In this document: positions 61,792-64,000 of the stretch, piece by piece | Position numbering within the stretch: position 1 is the stretch's first letter | How the letters are laid out: every line of letters begins with the position of its first letter | Source of the DNA: Squalus acanthias | Lineage: Eukaryota | Direction of reading: 5' to 3' | Length of the DNA: 64,000 nt | Assembly: GCA_030390025.1 (NCBI GenBank) | Contig: CM059431.1 | Span: 97,900,001-97,964,000, forward strand | Translations under genes and position numbers: made by a program | The notes under the pieces: generated by a model | Seen by the model: the letters and a program-made list of their open reading frames with translations, nothing else | The model's database searches: none | Told to the model about the DNA's origin: nothing

Positions 61792-62013
61792 CTCTGTATC
61801 CAGTTTCGCCTGCGTCTCCTTGACTTCCTTTGGCTCCTGGTCGTCCTGGGTGTCCTGATTCACCTTGGTATCCTGGCAACGCACCGATGGCTTCTCCGGA
61901 CAAACCTTTGGCACCAAGTGGCCCTGGCCTCCCTGGTTTGCCTTGAAGACCAGCGTCCCCATCCTGCCCAGGTGGGCCTGGGAGTCCTTGATCTCCACGG
62001 GGCCCAACGAAAC
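61792..62013 (-). CDS. COL4A2: Collagen IV exon, 222 nt, GC donor
   Basis: catgtag|GT TTC GTT GGG...GGA TAC AGA G|gcaagg; encodes GFVGPRGDQGLPGPPG...GEAIGALPGYQG...GETGYRG. Confidence 0.9.
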
Positions 62014-62073
62014 CTACATGAGGGTCGATCACATTACAATTTTTATTTTAACAGCTTTCACCAAGTATTCATC

Positions 62074-62197
62074 AACAACAACAACAACTTGCATTTATAT
62101 AGCGCCTTTAACGTAGTAAAACGTCCCAAGGCGCTTCACAGGAATGTTATCAAACAAAATTTGACACCGAGCCACATAAAGAGATATTAGGACAGGT
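62074..62197 (-). mobile_element. L2 3' tail (continues at 63822 after the CR1 insertion)
   Basis: (caa)n cttgcatttatatagcgcc...ggacaggt. Confidence 0.88.
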
Positions 62198-63821
62198 CAC
62201 TATCACTAAGGAAAAAGTACTTGGTAAAATAATGGGACTAAAAGATGACAAGTCCCCTGGACCAGATGGCCTGCATCCCAGGGTCTTAAAAGAAGTGGCT
62301 GCAGAGATAGTGGATGCATTGGTTTCAATATACCAAAATTCCCTGGACTCTGGAGAGGTCCCAGCGGATTGGAAAACCGCAAATGTAACACCCCTATTTA
62401 AGAAAGGAGGGAGACAGAAAGCAGGAAACTATAGACCAGTTAGCCTAACATCTGTCGTTGGGAAAATGCTGGAGTCCTTCATTAAGGAAGCAGTAGCAGG
62501 ACATTTGGAAAATCATAATGCAGTCAAGCAGAGTCAGCATGGTTTTATGAAAGGGAAATCATGTTTAACAAATTTGTTGGAGTTGTAACGAGCAGGGTGG
62601 ATAAGGGTGAGCCAGTGGATGTGGTGTATTTGGATTTCCAGAAGGCATTCGATAAGGTGCCACATAAAAGGTTACTGCATAAGATAAGAGCTCATGGAAT
62701 TGGGGGTAATATATTAGCATGGATAGAGAATTGGCTAACTAACAGAAAGCAGAGAGTCGGGATAAATGGGTCATTTTCAGGTTGGCAAACGGTAATTAGA
62801 GGGGTGCCACAGGGATCGGTGCTGGGGCCTCAACTATTTACAATCTACATTAATGACTTGGATGAAGGGACCGAGTGTAATGTAGCCAAGTTTGCGGATG
62901 ATACAAAGATGGGTGGGAAAGCAAGTTGTGCAGAGGACTCAAAGCATCTGCAAAGGGATATAGACAGGCTAAGTGAGTGGGCAAACATTTGGCAGATGGA
63001 GTATAATGTGGGAAAGTGCGAGGTTATCCACTTTGGCAGGAAAAATAAAAAAGCAAATTATTATTTGAATGGAGAGAGATTACAAAATGCTACAGTTCAG
63101 AGGGACCTGGGAGTCCTTGTGCATGAAACACAAAAAGTTAGCATGCAGGTGCAGCAAGTAATCAAAAAGGCAAATGGAATGTTGGCCTTTATTTCAAAGG
63201 GGTTGGAGTATAAAAGCAGGGAAATCCTGCTACAACTGTACAGAGTATTGGTGAGATCACACCTTGAGTACTGCGTACAGTTTTGGTCTCCTTTTTTAAG
63301 GAAAGATATACTTGCATTGGAGGCAGTTCAGAGATGATTCACTAGGTTAATTCCAGAGATGAGGGGGTTGACTTATGAAGAAAGGTTGAACAGGTTGGGC
63401 CTATACTCATTGGAATTTAGAAGAATGAGAGGTGATCTTATTGAAACATATAAGATACTGAGGGGGCTCGACAAGGTAGATGCAGGGAGAATGTTTCCCC
63501 TCGTGGGGAAATCTAGAACTCGGGGGCACAGTTTCAGAATAAAGGGTTGCCCTTTTAGAACTGAGATGAGGAGGAATTTCTTCTCAGAGGGTCGTAAATC
63601 TATGGAATTCTCTGCTCCAGAGAGCTGTGGAGGCTGGGTCATTAAATACATTTAAGGTGGAGATAGACAGATTTTTGCAAGATAAGGGAGTGAAGGGTTA
63701 TGGGGAGCGGGCTGGGAAGTGGCTTTGAGCCCAGGATCAGCCATGATCTTATTGAATGGCGGAGCAGGCTGGAGGGGCCAAGTGGCCCTTTCCTGCTCAT
63801 ATTTCTTATGTTCTTATGTTC
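62198..63821 (+). mobile_element. 5'-truncated CR1 LINE inserted into an L2
   Basis: KSPGPDGLHPRVLKE, NYRPVSLT, YLDFQKAFD, FADDTK; frameshifts near 62585 and 63585, stop at about 63335; (ttcttatg) tail. Confidence 0.96.
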
Positions 63822-64000
63822 TCGGTCAAAGAGGTAGGTTTTAAAGAGGGTCTTAAAGGAGGAGAGAGGTAGAGAGGCGGAGAGGTTTAGGGAGGGAATT
63901 CCAGAGCTTGGGGCCTAGGCAGCTGAAGGCACAGCCGGCAATGGTGGAGCGATTAAAATCGGGGATGTGCAAGAGGCCAGAATTGGAGGAGCGCAGATAT
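63822..64000 (-). mobile_element. L2 fragment (runs off the window)
   Basis: ggtcaaagagg...gggagggaattccagagc, as in the other L2 copies. Confidence 0.88.

Larger units (their letters stand above)
2129..62013 (-). other. COL4A2: Type IV collagen alpha chain gene (even-numbered class, COL4A2-like), partial: 15 triple-helix exons; gene extends beyond both window ends
   Basis: 15 exons with AG acceptors and GT/GC donors splice into one open Gly-X-Y frame with short interruptions and mostly split Gly codons, typical of collagen IV. Interruption motifs (GEAIGALPG, GHQKG, GETMNMPG, KGFPGSPG, GVSSTQPG) resemble human alpha2(IV) as I recall it (GEVLGAQPG, GHIKG, GDTINLPG, KGFPGSPG, GEANTLPG). COL4A6 cannot be excluded without a search. 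Confidence 0.72.

Noticed and set aside
368..63821. Strand bias of CR1 insertions relative to the host gene
   Set aside because: Roughly equal numbers of CR1 copies lie on each strand.

Overview
Vertebrate genomic DNA, almost certainly a cartilaginous fish (shark or ray), judging by an HE1-type V-SINE, SacSINE1-type DeuSINEs and abundant CR1/L2 LINEs. The window covers the middle of one type IV collagen gene on the minus strand. I read 15 consecutive Gly-X-Y exons (222,162,171,144,126,182,64,75,108,108,72,126,117,162,99 nt in transcript order; 1938 nt, frame-consistent). They belong to the even-numbered alpha2/alpha4/alpha6 class, and the best match from memory is COL4A2. Two of the 15 donors are GC rather than GT, and two triplets have Gly replaced by Ser or Ala. 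The rest is intron. One intron is about 99% a 23.4-kb, ~780-copy 30-bp satellite built from two short inverted repeats, with nested block duplications. The other introns hold further minisatellites, SINEs with expanded internal arrays, nested CR1/L2 LINEs, a decayed Harbinger-type transposon with a Myb/SANT-like gene, and MITE-like elements. The very long ORFs in the ORF track are artefacts of tandem repeats. I find no convincing new protein-coding system. The satellite and the GC-AG introns are the most unusual features. Repeat boundaries were set by eye and are approximate; exon boundaries were read base by base.
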